A stretch of DNA of 64,000 bases, taken from Mobula hypostoma. Its lineage: Eukaryota. The translations under genes and the position numbers were made by a program. Shown here in pieces: positions 62,063-64,000 of this stretch (positions are counted from its first letter, which is position 1; every line of letters begins with the position of its first letter). The stretch spans positions 20,336,001-20,400,000 of the forward strand of contig NC_086125.1 of NCBI RefSeq assembly GCF_963921235.1, in the 5' to 3' direction. The notes beneath the pieces are model-generated. The model was not told where the DNA came from. It searched no databases and was given only the letters and a program-made list of their open reading frames with translations.

Positions 62063-63251
62063 TCCCTTCCTTTTCCTTGCGAGCTTGCAACTCATTCTCT
62101 CTCACACTTACCCTCAGGCTCCTGTGCCACCTTGCCTCTCTAAGAGGATGATTTACAGTGGCCAGTTATCTACCAGCGAGGAAACTGAAGCTCCAACGGA
62201 AAATTACACGATGGAGGGGAGGAGGTGCAGGCTGCCCCTGGGCGGCAACAGAGGCCAGGATTGAACGGAGGTGTGAGGCATCAGCACTACTCTGCCACTC
62301 CCATTGAAAGGGAGATGCACTGGAGATCAGTATTGTAGTACAGGTAGCACCGAATCGGATGAGGAGACAGGATAGCAAAAAGCCATGGAAAAATCTGGAA
62401 CCATGCAGCATGAGCCTTCAACAGCTGCCTTTTCCACATCTGGAAGCACTTGGCTGGAACCACGGCCTTCAATCAGACAGGGTGGGGGCGGGGGAAGGGA
62501 ATGGATAGAGACATTCCTGCATTTCCTCAGTACAGGACAGTAAGTGGTCTATTTCTGTACTCCTGTGAGATGTGCACAACTTTGCAATTCTGAAAATATC
62601 GCTCAACTCTTCAAGTACAGCCAAGAGATTCCTGCCAGGAGTGATCAAGGGGGTTAGAAATGGCCTGGAGATCATCACCATCACTTTCCACTTCGTTATA
62701 AGCACGTCCCCAATGACCTGGCGGTGAAATTAACAACAGCAGCAAATTAAATATCAAGGCAACTGCAGAAGTACTGAGAGGAAGTGGGAGAGAGTTGGAA
62801 AGTTGAAAAACAAATTCCATTCGGAAAAGATGCTGGCAAGTGTATTGGCCAAAGGGTCAAAGCTTCCAGGTCGGCATGTCTGGAGACTGCAGGCCAGGGG
62901 GTTGGAGGTCCGTCTGTACGTGTGAATGGGTAGGAAATGGGCTCATTTTGCTGCTGTTCTGCCAGACATGGTGGGCATCTATGTTGGCTCGGGAATCGGT
63001 AGCAAGAGTCAACGGGCTTAGGTCATGCTGGTTGTCAATGCAAACAATACATTTCACTGCATGTTTCAATGTACATCTGATAAATCAATCAATGAATCTA
63101 ATTAATTTGATTAGTCCATGCAACACTCACAGAATGATACCGAACAGGGATCTCCTGCTAATGCATTCCACCAGCACTATCCAATCCTTTAACCCAATGT
63201 TGCCTCTGACAGAATACTGAATTAGTCCCACTTCCCACCCTTTCCTGGCAA

Positions 63252-63351
63252 CACACATCAAAGTTGCTGGTGAACGCAGCAGGCCAGGCAGCATCTCTAG
63301 GAAGAGGTACAGTCGACGTTTCGGGCCGAGACCCTTCGTCAGGACTGTAAA
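63252..63351 (-). mobile_element. 100-bp Penelope 3'-terminal insertion with hammerhead motif
   Basis: Matches the Penelope tail. TSD CTTTCCTGGCAA at 63240-63251 and 63352-63363. Confidence 0.88.
63308..63349 (-). ncRNA. Minimal type I hammerhead ribozyme motif (Penelope), intact core, 7-bp stem I
   Basis: UACAGUC CUGACGA AGGGUCUCGGCCC GAAA CGUC GACUGUA. Confidence 0.8.
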
Positions 63352-63810
63352 CTTTCCTGGCAAGTTTCTTTATTACTTTTTCAAAGTGCAGGTCTAATCC
63401 CCTTTTAAAAGTTCCTACTAAACCTGCTTCTATAATCCTACCAGGAAGTTAATTCCTGCTCTTCGAAAAGAATTCACTTATCCCTTCTTGGAACTTTTTT
63501 CTGCAATGTGGTTACCTAACCTATCTAACCACCTGTCAGTAGCAACAGCTGTTGTTTCTGCTGTTACTGGATGAATGCTTTTTCCTATTTTTTTTCGGTC
63601 ACTTACGTTAATGTGTTCTTTTAACCTTTTTTCCTCTTGAGCCGGCACTGGACGCCAGGCAGGAGTGGGAAAAAGTACTACGTAACATTTTATTCCTGCA
63701 GGATGCTATTTTCTGTTCTGCAGGGGAAAGATTACTCTTTGCTCCTTCTGGTTAAAATGGCAGAATGTCAGGGAATGGAGGCCTCAGGGACTGATTACTA
63801 CCTCCTGCTC

Positions 63811-63829
63811 TGTGGGAAGTGGTGGGAAA
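63811..63829 (+). promoter_or_regulatory. Tandem RBPJ/CSL motifs
   Basis: TGTGGGAA gtg GTGGGAAA; two more GTGGGAA matches at 63665 (+) and 63232 (-). Function untested. Confidence 0.4.
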
Positions 63830-64000
63830 TTTCAGCGAGCTGTAATTTACTCCAGATGTACTGTTCTTTATCTGACCCCATCTTCTGCCTGAAACCTCAG
63901 AACACAATGGATATTTTAAAAAGAAAAACCTCTGGAAACCCCACATTGCTAAACTCACACACCCTTACAAACACAGCTCACTGGATAATTCAGCTCCCAT

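Overview
Vertebrate genomic DNA. The HE1/V-type SINEs, abundant CR1 and Penelope repeats suggest a cartilaginous fish, probably a ray (inference). The only host gene is notch3 on the minus strand: six internal exons equivalent to human NOTCH3 exons 3-8 (143, 336, 123, 234, 156, 186 bp; EGF repeats ~1-11) at 4309-22077, all with GT-AG boundaries and compatible phases. From 22078 to 64000 is presumably one >=42 kb intron, since exons 1-2 are not securely seen. The rest is a dense mosaic of retroelements (Neptune-type Penelope, CR1, RTE, HERO-like, Rex1/L2-like, SINEs, a solo LTR) and DNA transposon derivatives (hAT, Tc1). The most unusual signal is at the RNA level. (i) The 3' UTR of a HERO-like retrotransposon has all three strands of a hammerhead ribozyme in a non-circularly permuted (pseudoknotted) order, enclosed by a 15-bp helix reaching into the ORF's last codons. 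(ii) Many minimal, dimer-dependent Penelope hammerheads are present; four intact ones are sense to the notch3 pre-mRNA. (iii) Penelope fold-back insertions with target-site duplications range from ~140 bp to 2.26 kb and share an asymmetric-tail architecture. Most ORF-track entries are spurious. Repeat boundaries were read by eye and are approximate unless a TSD or TIR is quoted.
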